Part shown: positions 28,870 to 40,211 of the stretch, one piece after another
How the letters are laid out: the number at the start of each line of letters is the position of its first letter
Position numbering within the stretch: the stretch's first letter is position 1
Assembly (NCBI GenBank): GCA_963783575.1
Contig: CAWAOD010000011.1
Coordinates: 160,001 to 224,000 of the forward strand
Reading direction: 5' to 3'
Length of the DNA: 64,000 nucleotides
Source: an uncultured Spirochaetota bacterium
Lineage (GTDB): Bacteria; Spirochaetota; Brevinematia; Brevinematales; JAOACQ01
Notes under the pieces: generated by a model
Database searches by the model: none
What the model was told of the DNA's origin: nothing
Seen by the model: the letters and a program-made list of their open reading frames with translations, nothing else
Position numbers and translations under genes: made by a program

Positions 28870-31800
28870 ATGGAAACACGAGTCAAGGCCCATACAAGGA
28901 GCGAGCGCCGGCTCGCGACTATCCTCTTCGCCGACATTTCGGGCTTTACCTCCATGTCCGAGAAGATGGATGCCGAACTTGTTACACGTACCATGAACGA
29001 GTGCTTTAATATGCTTGGGACCATCGTTCAACGTAACGGGGGTATCATCGACAAATACATTGGTGACTGCATCATGGTTCTATTCGGTGTGCCCAAAGCT
29101 TTGGAGGATTCTGCTCGACGCGCTGTTCAGACCGGTCTGGAGATGCGGGAAGCCATCCGAGAATCACAGCATTTGTTGATCGTGGAAGCAAAACTGGATA
29201 TCCACATCGGAATCAATACGGGAGAGGTCATCTCGGGTGAGGTTGGTTCGGAACAGAAAAAAGAATTCACTGTGATGGGGGATGTGGTGAACATCGCATC
29301 ACGACTTAAAGATGCTGCTCCAAAGGGAAGAATTTATGTCGGGTTACAAACGCATCATAAGACCAGTGAAATGTATGAATATAAAATAATGGAGTCGATC
29401 AAGCTTAAGGGCAAAAAGAATCCTGTTCCCGTATACGAACTCCTTTCCAGGAAGTTGGGTGTGGCTCGAGGTCGAATGATATTTTCCCCCCTTGTGGCCA
29501 GACAGGAGGAACTCAATCTCTTGGAATCTAAGGTCCTGAATGTAATAAGCGGAGAAGGTTCGATAGTACATGTGATCGGGGAAGCAGGACTTGGTAAATC
29601 ACGATTGATTGCGGAGCTGCGGAATAAGGAATGCATTGAGAAGGTGATTCTTTTAGAGGGACGCGCACAGTCCTTCGGAATGAATCTAAGCTTTTATCCT
29701 ATAATTAACCTCTTAAAAGAGTGGACTGCGATTCATGAGGACGACAGTGGAGCGGAAGCTTCCCGGAAGCTCGAAAAGGCGATCCGTTCCGTCAGTCCGG
29801 AAGATATCGATGAGACTCTGCCGTTTATCGCGACTCTGATGGGCATCCCCCTTACGGGAAAGTACGCGCAGAGAATGGAGGGTATAGTCGGAGACATCCT
29901 TGTGAAATTGATGATGAGAACCACGCATGATCTTTTAAGCTGTGCCGCGCAATACCAGCCCTTGGTGATAGTACTGGATGACATGCATTGGGCGGATGAA
30001 AGCACGGTCGAATTCGTGGAGTACCTTTACAGTCTGGCGGATAGAAATCACGTACTTTTTATCAATTTGTTTCGACCGAGCGAGGAGAAAGGTGAGAGGC
30101 TTTCTAAAACGGCTCGAGAAAACCATGGGAGCCTTTATACTGAGATAATGTTATATCATCTTAATGAAGAAAGTTGCACAGAGCTTGTAGGCAACCTGAT
30201 AAAGAATAGTAACGTTCCACCTGCTATCATGGAATCGATCGTTAGCCGAACTGGTGGGAACCCATTCTTTGTCGAGGAGATTATGAGAGCATGCATCGAC
30301 AATGAGGCACTGGAGGTAGAGAAGGATGGCTTCCGGGTGACGGAAAAACTTCAGTCGTTCATTGTTCCATCGACAGTGAACGAAGTGATCATGTCGCGTT
30401 TCGACAGGCTGGACGAGGTATCGGGAGAATTACTAAGGGCCGCCTCGGTTATCGGAAGGAGTTTCTTTTACAGGCTGTTGGTAAATATCGTACAGGGAAT
30501 TGATAAGATCGATGAAAAAATCAATACCTTGAAGGAAATGCAAATTATCCTAGAGCGCAACAGAGTGGATGAGATTGAGTTTCTGTTCAAGCACGCCCTG
30601 GTGCAAGAGACAATCTACGATTCGATTCTCATACAGGCCAGAAAGAATCTGCACATAAGCGTAGCGAATGCAATTGAGTCGATATTTGCGGAGCGCCTGG
30701 GAGAGTTCACTGGGATGCTGGCATTACATTATACACGTGGGGAGGACTACGACAAGGCTGAGAAGTACATGATCAGGGCGGGGGAAGAAGCCCTTAAAGC
30801 CGCAGGGTCGGCGGAAGCATTGAACTATTATCGTGATGCTCTGGAGTTGTATTTGAAAAAACAAGGCAGTAACGCTGATCCCGCAGATGTTGTAATGCTG
30901 AAGAAAAACATCGCACGATCACTCTATTTTAGAGGACGATATGACGAGGCAATTCCCATATATGATTTTGTACTAAGATATCATGGTATCCAGATCCCAA
31001 AGAGCAGGCTTGCACTTCTCTTCTCTGCGGCGGCCGGACTGGTGGAAGTGTTGTTGTGGCTCTATGGTCCAAAGCAGAGTAAGCTGAAACCCTTATCTTC
31101 GAATTTCCGTGAAGGTATCGCGTTGAGCATGGAAAAATCCGAGATGCTCGTAGCCTACGATCCTCCCGGATTTTTTCTTCAGACCCTGGCTCTTGCCAAA
31201 ATAATGCTTCGCTATGATCTAAGCGATTGCGACCCAGGACTTAGGATGTTGGTTGGAATCTCCACGCTTTTCTCCTTCTCAGGCATTTCGCTTTCAGTGT
31301 GTCGAAGAGTGATTGAAAAGATGAGTAGAATCATACGACATGATCAACCCGGCGTATTAATAAATTACCTATCGTGCAAGTCGTTTTATTCCTATCTCAC
31401 TGGCGAATGGAATGAGCGTAGAATCTTCCGCGATCCAATGGTAGGAGGACAAGCGGAGCAAGGGAGCGCTTTCGAAGTCCTGAATCTATTTGCATTTTCC
31501 GGACTTTCCTGCATCGAGTGCGGAGATTGGGAAACCTATTTCGAAGCTCGGGATATGGTCGAAATGATTTCGGATCGTTTTGATAATAACATGGGAAGAA
31601 TGTTCCTGCATTTGTTGATACACAGGTATTATATAAAACGGCGTATGATAAAAGAAGCTACTGCCTCTATGCCAGGTCTATTAATTTTTTTTTCCAGAGT
31701 GTCGTCAAGCCTGGGCGAAACCCAGCCATTCTCAGCACACGCCAGTCTGGCTAGGATCAATATCCTTCGTGGAGATTTCGAATCAGCTGTAAAAAACCTC

Positions 31801-32226
31801 AACGCTATACCTTATGCCGTTGCGGTTTCCCCAAGAGGTCCTTGGCGTAATGGAGTTTTTTGTTGTACTTATGCTGCGATGGCTGTGGAAAAAGCGCTCC
31901 AAGCCGCCAAACAAGGAAAATTGAATCGTCAAACACGAAGGAAATGCCTTTTTGCCCTGAATCGTAACCTGAAGAACTCGAGGAAATTCGCGCCTGATCG
32001 CACGGAAGCTTTGAAATTTGAAGGGAGCTATTGGTGGCATGCCGGCTCATTCCGACGAGCTCTCGAATATTGGAATAGATCGATTAGGGAAGGAGAGCGT
32101 CTCGGTACAGATGTTGAGGTGGCACACACCTTTATGGACGCGGGAAATCTCCTCGGGGAGATAAAGCCAGGACCAGAGTGGCGCAATCGGGGAAAAGAAC
32201 TTTATTCAAAACTCGGGATAAAGTGA
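28870..32226 (+). CDS. Class III adenylate/guanylate cyclase fused to STAND (AAA_16) ATPase and TPR-like region
   Basis: FADISGFT, KYIGDCIM, VMGDVVNIASR; Walker A GEAGLGKS; Walker B VLDDMHWAD; GGNPFF; FKHALVQE. Confidence 0.9.
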   Translation: METRVKAHTRSERRLATILFADISGFTSMSEKMDAELVTRTMNECFNMLGTIVQRNGGIIDKYIGDCIMVLFGVPKALEDSARRAVQTGLEMREAIRESQHLLIVEAKLDIHIGINTGEVISGEVGSEQKKEFTVMGDVVNIASRLKDAAPKGRIYVGLQTHHKTSEMYEYKIMESIKLKGKKNPVPVYELLSRKLGVARGRMIFSPLVARQEELNLLESKVLNVISGEGSIVHVIGEAGLGKSRLIAELRNKECIEKVILLEGRAQSFGMNLSFYPIINLLKEWTAIHEDDSGAEASRKLEKAIRSVSPEDIDETLPFIATLMGIPLTGKYAQRMEGIVGDILVKLMMRTTHDLLSCAAQYQPLVIVLDDMHWADESTVEFVEYLYSLADRNHVLFINLFRPSEEKGERLSKTARENHGSLYTEIMLYHLNEESCTELVGNLIKNSNVPPAIMESIVSRTGGNPFFVEEIMRACIDNEALEVEKDGFRVTEKLQSFIVPSTVNEVIMSRFDRLDEVSGELLRAASVIGRSFFYRLLVNIVQGIDKIDEKINTLKEMQIILERNRVDEIEFLFKHALVQETIYDSILIQARKNLHISVANAIESIFAERLGEFTGMLALHYTRGEDYDKAEKYMIRAGEEALKAAGSAEALNYYRDALELYLKKQGSNADPADVVMLKKNIARSLYFRGRYDEAIPIYDFVLRYHGIQIPKSRLALLFSAAAGLVEVLLWLYGPKQSKLKPLSSNFREGIALSMEKSEMLVAYDPPGFFLQTLALAKIMLRYDLSDCDPGLRMLVGISTLFSFSGISLSVCRRVIEKMSRIIRHDQPGVLINYLSCKSFYSYLTGEWNERRIFRDPMVGGQAEQGSAFEVLNLFAFSGLSCIECGDWETYFEARDMVEMISDRFDNNMGRMFLHLLIHRYYIKRRMIKEATASMPGLLIFFSRVSSSLGETQPFSAHASLARINILRGDFESAVKNLNAIPYAVAVSPRGPWRNGVFCCTYAAMAVEKALQAAKQGKLNRQTRRKCLFALNRNLKNSRKFAPDRTEALKFEGSYWWHAGSFRRALEYWNRSIREGERLGTDVEVAHTFMDAGNLLGEIKPGPEWRNRGKELYSKLGIK

Positions 32227-32543
32227 ATACGTCGGCTTTTCAGAGATTCCAATGCGATTCCACAGATTGAGACTAGCAAGCGTCATTCAAAATAGAGGGT
32301 TGGGATAATACCCTGACTGCAGATAAATTGATTAACATGCAGGAAAATTATAGGTTGAAAGTTAGAATTTGCTATTGACAAGGCATTTTATCTTTCGATT
32401 CAGAAAGTAGATCCGGCTTATATCGAGGTTAAGAGATATGATAAACTTGTTCTGAAGGAACAATTTTCCGGTTTAGGTTTTTCATCGGAGTAAACTCATT
32501 TGTTTGTTATTGTAAATTAATCAATTTTACATAGGAGAAATAT

Positions 32544-34806
32544 ATGGAAGAAACTTTAAGAGCGGGTTTCTGGCGAAGGTTTGCTGCATATCTAATAGAC
32601 GGATTAGCTATTAACATTATGTTAACCGTCAATTTATACGGTTTGTTTTGTATGGGAACGGTTATTGACAAGAGTTTATTAGCCCGCATTCTATCGCTAT
32701 TTTTTCAACTAATTCAATCAGCAATGCTTTTCGCATATGCCATTTTTTCAGTAGCCTATTTCGGGGCGACACCTGGAAAACTTTTACTTGGCCTAAGGGT
32801 GGTTCTGCCGGGATCGAATCGTAAATGCGGTATAGGTTTTTGGAGAGCACCTTCTGAGAAACATTTTATATCTCATATCAGTCTTGCCGCTTGGGCTGGG
32901 GTTTTTATGGGCGGCTTGGGACAAAAATAAACAGACCTGGCATGATAAAATATGCGGAAGCTCAGTTATTATCGCAAAAAAAGGAATGGAAGGTGAAGTT
33001 ATTTATAACGCAGAAGGTGAGGCAACTTTACAGGAAGTGCCGCAACCGGGAGAACAAGCCAAAGCCTGGACGCTTTTATCAATACCGCTTGTCTTTCTCC
33101 TATCTTTTATTTTATTACCAATATTGCAGACACTTATCTTTTCATTTCTAAAAATAAATCTGATGCAACCAGCCATTTTTACCGGTGTTATAAATTATGT
33201 GCGGTTTTTCGGGAATGAATTGTTTCTACCTTCCCTTATAAACACTCTAACACTGGCATTCATGGGCGGTTCAGGCATTTTTACAATATTTCTACCGGTA
33301 TGCATAGCATTCGCTCTTTACCGCTTGCCTGCGGTATCCGAAATGAATTTCCGCAGGTTTTTCAGTCTTTTGTTCTTTTTCGGCATTACTCCTTTACTTG
33401 CGGTAATACTGGCTTATTTGTTTAATCCATCAATAGGTCCCGTAAACGCGCTTCTGGGAATCGAAGGTTTTCAACCTATTGCATTACACGATGCTTTACT
33501 TGTAAAACCCATAATTTCGATCTTTATTACTGCTCAAAACCTTTCAATTTCCTTGCCGCTCGGTGTTTTATTTTACTTAGGAATGCTTCACGGGACGCGA
33601 AAATTCCCACCTCTACCCATTTCAGGCATTAAGATTTGGACTTCAATCGGGCTGTTTTTTGTTTTCTCTCTAGCGTTTTCATTGAAGGAGTTCCCAACTA
33701 CTTTTGTCACAACAAATGGGGGACCTGGATATAGTTCATTAACACTTCTGATGAACAGCTTTCAATCTTTTTTTTCTAGAATGCAGTTTGGAGTCGGTCT
33801 GGCCGGTTCTTTTTTCGATATGATTCTTCTTTTTATCTGCGGTTTTCTTGCATGGCTGCTGCTGAAACATAGCGGCATGAGATTCTATTTTATCGAAGTA
33901 AATGCTAGAACAACTGTGAATGAAAGAAAGAATAAGCTGCTATCTGTTATTGGATGGGCCGGTTTGTTAATATCGCTACTTTTCATTCTCGCTTTACTTA
34001 TATTCCCTTTATTCCTTGCATTAATGAACTCTTTTAAGACAATCTCCGATTTAGTGAAGAATCCGCTGTCTTTCTTTCCGGAGCATTTTACGTTGTGGAA
34101 TTATAATGAATTTACTAAAAATCTTAATATCAGAATTCTGTTTCTCAATTATCTGATCTATTTGATCCCCATTCTAATTATTCAGCTCGGAGTTTCCATC
34201 ATCGGCGGTTACGCTCTCGGCCGGCTGCGATTTGCAGGAAGAAAATTCATTTTCTTCCTGATCTGCCTGGTTATGTTCATCAGCCCTACAGTTTTTCTTC
34301 CAACGTTATATCTTAATGCGCAAAAATTAAATCTATTGAATAATTATATACCGCTGATATTGGCATGGCTTGGCTGTCCTCTTGGTATAGTTCTGTTCAA
34401 GCTCTATTTTGAAGGAACACGGTCAGATATTGCTCAAATAATTATGCTCAAAGATGAATCCGTTAAAAAAAGCTTAAAGCGAAAGATATCAATCAACACA
34501 TGGAAGATGCTGGCCTTTTATGGGATTATTGCCACCCTCATGGTTTTGAATGAGTTTATAGTGGCTCATGTACTGATAAACGATACCAATATGCTCCCTT
34601 TTATCAATTTCTACATTAAAAATGTATTAGTTTCTTTCAATAATCAGATTTCGGTAAAATTTATAGGATATATTTTTAGTCTCATTCCCATGCTGTTTTT
34701 GGCCTTTTTCTTCTTTTTAATGCAAAAAAGGTTTTTTACCGAATTTTATATTCAGATGCCCGGAATTGGAACTCCAAGCCGTAAAATCATAAAAGGACGA
34801 GATTAA
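32544..34806 (+). CDS. RDD domain fused to two carbohydrate ABC permease domains (frameshift at ~32850)
   Basis: AGFWRRFAAYLID, TPGKLLLGLRV and QTWHDK (RDD); LFNPSIGPVN and TNGGPG (MalF-like); NSFKT and GYALGRLRFAGR (MalG-like); removing one C in gcacctt joins the frames. Confidence 0.7.
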
Positions 34807-34953
34807 TCTCATATTATATTTCAGTCATAAGTCATAACCCTGCCCACGCGGGGCGAGGCTTGGAGAAATCCAATCTTAGTTAAAGCATTGCCGGTATTGA
34901 TCAAACAGTAAATGCAATGATAGGAGCGTTATAGTCGGAACTTATCCTCGGGG

Positions 34954-35195
34954 GGTCATCGTGGTCAAAGGATACCTTTATACAATCTTGTCAATATTGA
35001 GGAAAAGAATACAAGGGTAACCGTCAATAGGTATAATCGCGAATGGGCAATAACTGTTTATGCCAATGTATAAGCCGGGAATAACCAGCAGAAGGCACTG
35101 CAAAATGTTGAATAAATATCTAAACGAGTCCTGCCTATTGGCTATTATATTACAATGAGTGGTAGTTCTAAGACTTTCGAAGAATTTTATGTAAT
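34954..35195 (+). pseudogene. Internal remnant of an AcrB/RND efflux permease
   Basis: GHRGQRIPLYNLVNIEEK...NRYNREWAITVYANV*AGNNQQKAL...E*ISKRVLPIGYYITMSGSSKTFEE, with two in-frame stops. Confidence 0.6.
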
Positions 35196-35524
35196 CTTAA
35201 GTGAATATTCAGCTTGTTAGAAACATATATTCTGTCATACTTTTGTTATAAATATCCTTATTTGACTGCCAATAATAACGACTTGATTCCTCCGCCATAA
35301 AGTCAGTATTTAATAAAAAACCATTTTCCTTGGGTATTTTATCAAGACTCTTTCCAAATAATACATTTTATCATTGGCATACTTTGCCCAATATGTTCAG
35401 GTCCTGGAATAGATTGATGGTTTTTTAAATATACTATTTGTTTCTCAATGAAATATTTATTCGTAACTACTCAGTCAGGCGCAAAAAAAAGAAAAAACAC
35501 TCCAGGACACTCAATCTGTAATTA

Positions 35525-38500
35525 TTAGTAGTTAGTAATATTTCCTGGCATATTGTTAATGACACTGCCGTAAATAGTCCCCAATTTGCTGCTTGAATCA
35601 TAATATATTCCCCAGTTGCTGTTACAGGTAACAACTCCCGAACCATAAATTGTGCTGTAGTACGAATAGTCTGTAATAGCAATCCCGCCGCCCATTACTG
35701 CAGAATTGTTGGAGATTATGCCGTTAATACTGTTATAACCTTCTGCATCGATACAGATACCGCCGCCCATTATTCCGGCATTATTACCGCTTAGGGTTGA
35801 AGTTATGTTATTGTATCCCGATAAATTAAGATACAAACCGCCGCCATTGCTGGCTGAAATATTACTTAGGATAGGGCTGCTGATTGTATTATATTCCGAA
35901 TATTGTGCAAGCCATAATCCGCCTCCGCTTCCGATGTTGGTATTACACGAAACCTTGCCGGTTATAATATTACTTATTGAATTGTAAAGATATAGGCCGC
36001 CGCCATTATTCCCGATAACGGAGCCGCTTATTGTGTTGAAATATGATGAACCTAAATATACTCCTCCTCCATAAAGCGAAGCGGATGAATTTCCAGAAAC
36101 ATTACTGCTTATTGTGTTTGAAGAGGATGTAATAATATAAACGCCGCCGCCGCCCAAACGTTCCGAATAATTACTCATAATTATACTATTGATTATATTA
36201 CAACCGGAACTATCTATATAAATCCCTCCTCCGCCATTTACCGCCGAATTGCTGTAAATGCCGATATTTAAAGTATAATTCGTCATATGATAAAAATAAA
36301 CCCCGCCTCCTCCGCCTAAACCCGCATAATTGCCAGTAATATCATGAATTATGTTTTCACTAATACAGGAATCAAAGTACAATCCTCCGGCACGGTAACT
36401 GGTATTATTATACACATGCCCGCTGATAGTGTCAGAGCTTGATCTGGCAATGCTTAAACCACCGCCGTTGTTATCCGAATAATTACTAAAAACATCACCG
36501 CTTATAGTATTATTACCGGAATCCCCGATATACAAACCGCCCCCGCCTGAGGGGAATGATCCGTTGGCATAATCCGAATTGCCATAAACATCGCCGCTAA
36601 TGGTGTTATTGCTCGCGTATTCTAATAAAACACCTCCACCGGCGCCATATACGCTATTGCTGTAAATATTACCCGTTATTTGATTATTACAGGAATTTTC
36701 AATAAATAATCCGCCACCCCAGCCGGCTTTATTGTTATGAATGTCGCCGCTAAAGGTATTATTGATTGAAAAAACAATTTCAACCCCTCCGCCAAACTCG
36801 TCCCCATTATTAAAAATTGAGCCTGTGATAGTGTTATTCCCTGAATTATCAAGATCGATGCCGACACCTGAATTGCTGTAAATATTGCCGGATACAGTAT
36901 TATAGCTTGAGTTGTCGAACTCAAGACCTCCGCCGGAACCCATATTAAGTACTGTATTACTAAAAACAGCGGTACTTATATTATTGTTGGCCGATGTGTC
37001 GAACTCAATTCCGCCTGCTAAAGAATATGCCCCATTACAGCAAACCGAACCGGATATAGTATTATTAGAAGAACAATACAGATATAAACCGCCGCCTTCG
37101 CCAGCGGAATATTCCACCCAGGGGTTTGAACCGCCGAATGCCCCGATAGGCGCCTCATTATTGGATATATTTCCATTTATATTGTTATAAATGGAATAAT
37201 CAAGTTCCAGCCCCGCCCCAAAATCTGCCGAATTGAAGAAAATATTCGCATTTATTGTATTGTAGCTTGAATTCAAAAGATACAGCCCGCCACCTGATCC
37301 ATAGTTAGTGGATTTACCACTGCTGCAGCCGGCAAAATTGTTTGAGATTGTGCAATTCGTTATTAATGAGCCTGTGACATTTATCATCAATATCCCGCCC
37401 CCGTTATTATCAAAACTGTCAGCGCCGCCTGTTTGGTCCATACTATCTGCATAACCGCCGGTTATCTGGAAGCTATTTAAAGTAACGTTGTAAACATTTG
37501 TCATAATAATAACATGATAATTAATCGTGCTGTATTGGCCTTTATTAACATTCAAAATGCTTATGCCGGTTTGGTTGCTGAATACCTGGTCCCAGCCGCC
37601 GGAAATATTCAAATTGCTTGAATTTGAAATTATTAAACCGCAATTGCCGTTATTATTAAGTCCTGAGCCGGGGAGATAAGTCCCCGCCGTTATCCTTATA
37701 TTATTTAAGCCATACTCGGATGCCAGCTTCAGGGCAAACTGTATGGATTTTATCGGCGACGATCTGCTGCCCGAATTACTATCCATCCCATTTGTAGCTA
37801 CATAAACCCCATCAAGCATAGCTATACCTATGTTATAACTCTTCACGGTAACCTTGTCAGGTGCGGTAACCTTTACTGATATATTATTTATGCCTGATAA
37901 TAATGTTAAATTTCCGGATGTATTCCCTGATTTTATTGTGCTATAATTTCCATTATTAATATTGTATTGAATAAACTGGCCGGCGACCGATTGAGCCGGG
38001 GTAATCGTAACATTCGATATTATAACTGCCCCGGCATTGTAATTTGTTATTGAAGAACCGAATGCTATTGTATTGGTTCCGGCGGATATTGCCAGTCCTG
38101 AAAGATTAGCATTGGAGCTATAAAACTCACCTGCGCTGAAAACCCTTACTTGCTGAAGATTACCGTTCTGGTCGATCCACTGGTCGCTGGTTACATTATT
38201 CCATATATTTACTGCTTCCCCGAAAACCCCGGCGACAGTTCCCGAAGGGCCTCCTCTCATAAATGTCATTACAAGGTTATTAATTCCGCTTTTTATGTTT
38301 GTCGCGCCGAATGTTGCCTGGTTATAATTTGTATTTGTCGGACAAACTTTTATTGCGGGGGTTAAATTCGATGAACTTGTACCCGTAATTGTTCCGGATA
38401 TATAATTTATTCCTGCCGATACCGGGAATTGGACTGTAAGATATATATTTCCAGTCCCGCCGCTTTGTGAAAAGATAATTGGTATTGAGATATTCAGCGT

Positions 38501-38905
38501 CGTATTGGCGGTAATAACCTGATTGGATAAAACGCCTGTCCCGGTCACTGAACCGGATAATGTCGCCGTAACCCATATATCCCAGGTACCCACTTCTATA
38601 TTTGAAATAGTTATTAAATTTGTGGATGCTGATATTGAATTGGATATCGTAGCGAACCCATTATGGCTGGTTAATACAATGCGGAAGGTATCGGCTTCGT
38701 TCGTAAAATCCGGAACTACTGTTTTACTGATTCCGCTCAAGGAACGGCCGAGTCCGGGAATGCATACGGTAATACTTCCAGTATCTTTAGTATTGACATT
38801 GCCGCTATTACTCTTGTTATTCTCGTTTTTTCCCTGGGGATTTAATAATGAGCATGAAAATAATACAAAAACTATCGCAGGCAATAAAAAAATTCTCTTA
38901 TTCAT
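35525..38905 (-). CDS. Large surface lipoprotein: Ig/cadherin-like beta-sandwich plus right-handed parallel beta-helix (Pmp-like GGGLY repeats)
   Basis: Lipobox LFSC; VKVTAPDKVTVKSY; YVATNGMDSNSGSRSSPIKSIQ (DUF1565-like start); many ~24-aa GGG[LVI]Y..SSxNTISGxVxxN repeats. Confidence 0.8.
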   Translation of the reverse strand: MNKRIFLLPAIVFVLFSCSLLNPQGKNENNKSNSGNVNTKDTGSITVCIPGLGRSLSGISKTVVPDFTNEADTFRIVLTSHNGFATISNSISASTNLITISNIEVGTWDIWVTATLSGSVTGTGVLSNQVITANTTLNISIPIIFSQSGGTGNIYLTVQFPVSAGINYISGTITGTSSSNLTPAIKVCPTNTNYNQATFGATNIKSGINNLVMTFMRGGPSGTVAGVFGEAVNIWNNVTSDQWIDQNGNLQQVRVFSAGEFYSSNANLSGLAISAGTNTIAFGSSITNYNAGAVIISNVTITPAQSVAGQFIQYNINNGNYSTIKSGNTSGNLTLLSGINNISVKVTAPDKVTVKSYNIGIAMLDGVYVATNGMDSNSGSRSSPIKSIQFALKLASEYGLNNIRITAGTYLPGSGLNNNGNCGLIISNSSNLNISGGWDQVFSNQTGISILNVNKGQYSTINYHVIIMTNVYNVTLNSFQITGGYADSMDQTGGADSFDNNGGGILMINVTGSLITNCTISNNFAGCSSGKSTNYGSGGGLYLLNSSYNTINANIFFNSADFGAGLELDYSIYNNINGNISNNEAPIGAFGGSNPWVEYSAGEGGGLYLYCSSNNTISGSVCCNGAYSLAGGIEFDTSANNNISTAVFSNTVLNMGSGGGLEFDNSSYNTVSGNIYSNSGVGIDLDNSGNNTITGSIFNNGDEFGGGVEIVFSINNTFSGDIHNNKAGWGGGLFIENSCNNQITGNIYSNSVYGAGGGVLLEYASNNTISGDVYGNSDYANGSFPSGGGGLYIGDSGNNTISGDVFSNYSDNNGGGLSIARSSSDTISGHVYNNTSYRAGGLYFDSCISENIIHDITGNYAGLGGGGGVYFYHMTNYTLNIGIYSNSAVNGGGGIYIDSSGCNIINSIIMSNYSERLGGGGVYIITSSSNTISSNVSGNSSASLYGGGVYLGSSYFNTISGSVIGNNGGGLYLYNSISNIITGKVSCNTNIGSGGGLWLAQYSEYNTISSPILSNISASNGGGLYLNLSGYNNITSTLSGNNAGIMGGGICIDAEGYNSINGIISNNSAVMGGGIAITDYSYYSTIYGSGVVTCNSNWGIYYDSSSKLGTIYGSVINNMPGNITNY

Positions 38906-38916
38906 TTTACACTCCA

Positions 38917-39948
38917 TCAGTTCTCAACAGTAATCATTAATGATCCGGAATATTGTATACCATTATATGTAACATAAACATTGATAATATATTGTCCCGG
39001 CTGTAAAGCCGCAGAATTAAAAATGTAAGTGGAAGCCGTTTGAGAAGAATCCTGCACATAATCGACCAGCCATTGCCAGCCAGCCCCGCTTAAATTCGGA
39101 TTAGTGTCAGTTAATGTAAGGGTTTGTCCGAGTTCAACGGTTATATTATTTGTAGCGAATGTTATTGCCTGGTAATCCGGATTGCTTATCGTAAATGAAA
39201 TATCGATATTACCAGAAGGCATAAATGTCGTGCTGATAGTGTGGTTTGCTTGGACATTGCTGAATGTATATGATGTTATCGAGCCCTGGTTCGCTCCGTC
39301 GACAGTCACATTGCTGATCAGGTATCCTGTGTTCGGCGTAATTGAAAAGCCCTGGTTTGTCCCATAGTTTACAGTCACACTGCCCGAAGGGCTGATCGAG
39401 CCGTTAGTTCCTGTGCTTGCCGTGATAGTATATTGGATTGGCAGGAATGATGCGCTGATAGTGTGGTTTGTCTGAATATTTGTGAATGAATACGAAGTTA
39501 TCGAGCCCTGGTTTGCTCCGTCGACAGTCACATTGCTGACCTGGTATCCTGTATTCGGTGTAATTGAAAAGCCCTGGTTTGTCCCACAGGTTGCATTCAC
39601 ATTGCCCGAAGGGCTGATCGAACCGTTAGCACCTGCGCTTGCCGTGATAGTATATTGAATCGCTTTAATGGAGGATGATGACGAACCGGCCTGTGAAGCC
39701 GATTTGGAACTTGAAATACCGCTTGAACTGACTAGAGATGAGCTGGAGGAGAAGGATAAACTGGCACTTGAAAATGAAGAAGAATTTGATAATGATGAAG
39801 CAGATGATAAATTATAAGATGATGAAAATGAGCTAATGCTTGAAGATGTAGAATCTCCGGAAGTTTCGGAACCCGGAGTTGTAGTGCAGGCTGTAATAAA
39901 AGCTCCAAGAGTTACAAGCAGACAAATATAATGCTTAAATTTTTTCAT
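38917..39948 (-). CDS. Lipoprotein with Ser-rich linker and two InlB-B-like bacterial repeat domains
   Basis: Lipobox ITAC; YTITASxGxNGSISPSG...YxVSNVTVDG...NHTIS twice; GGGAGG RBS. Confidence 0.8.
   Translation of the reverse strand: MKKFKHYICLLVTLGAFITACTTTPGSETSGDSTSSSISSFSSSYNLSSASSLSNSSSFSSASLSFSSSSSLVSSSGISSSKSASQAGSSSSSIKAIQYTITASAGANGSISPSGNVNATCGTNQGFSITPNTGYQVSNVTVDGANQGSITSYSFTNIQTNHTISASFLPIQYTITASTGTNGSISPSGSVTVNYGTNQGFSITPNTGYLISNVTVDGANQGSITSYTFSNVQANHTISTTFMPSGNIDISFTISNPDYQAITFATNNITVELGQTLTLTDTNPNLSGAGWQWLVDYVQDSSQTASTYIFNSAALQPGQYIINVYVTYNGIQYSGSLMITVEN
39232..39660. repeat. Intragenic tandem duplication, period 222 bp (74 aa)
   Basis: gctgatagtgtggtttg starts at 39232 and 39454; long identical blocks such as gctccgtcgacagtcacattgctga. 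Confidence 0.9.
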
Positions 39949-40211
39949 CGGTCCTCCCTTTTATCTTTGTAATTAAAAATAACATCAGTTATTCTTATAT
40001 AATACTCAAAAAAATTAATAATTCCGGAAATATTAAAAAAATATTTTTGCGGATTTTCCTGATTTGAATATGTATTGCTTGTTGTTAATGATAGGAAAAA
40101 ATTATAAGCAGCTATTTATAAAAACTCAAAAAAACGCCGAGTATTCTATTTCCAGGATTTTTGGTTTTCAGTAAAACTTCCTAGTTCTACAATTTCAGCT
40201 TAGTTTTGGGT

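Noticed and set aside
32527..32546. TTACATAGGAGAA before the RDD gene matches the IS110 downstream junction over 13 nt
   Set aside because: Mostly an ordinary RBS in AT-rich DNA; TTGACA is not at the matching offset and no IS110 sequence lies upstream. Could be revisited as a potential target site.
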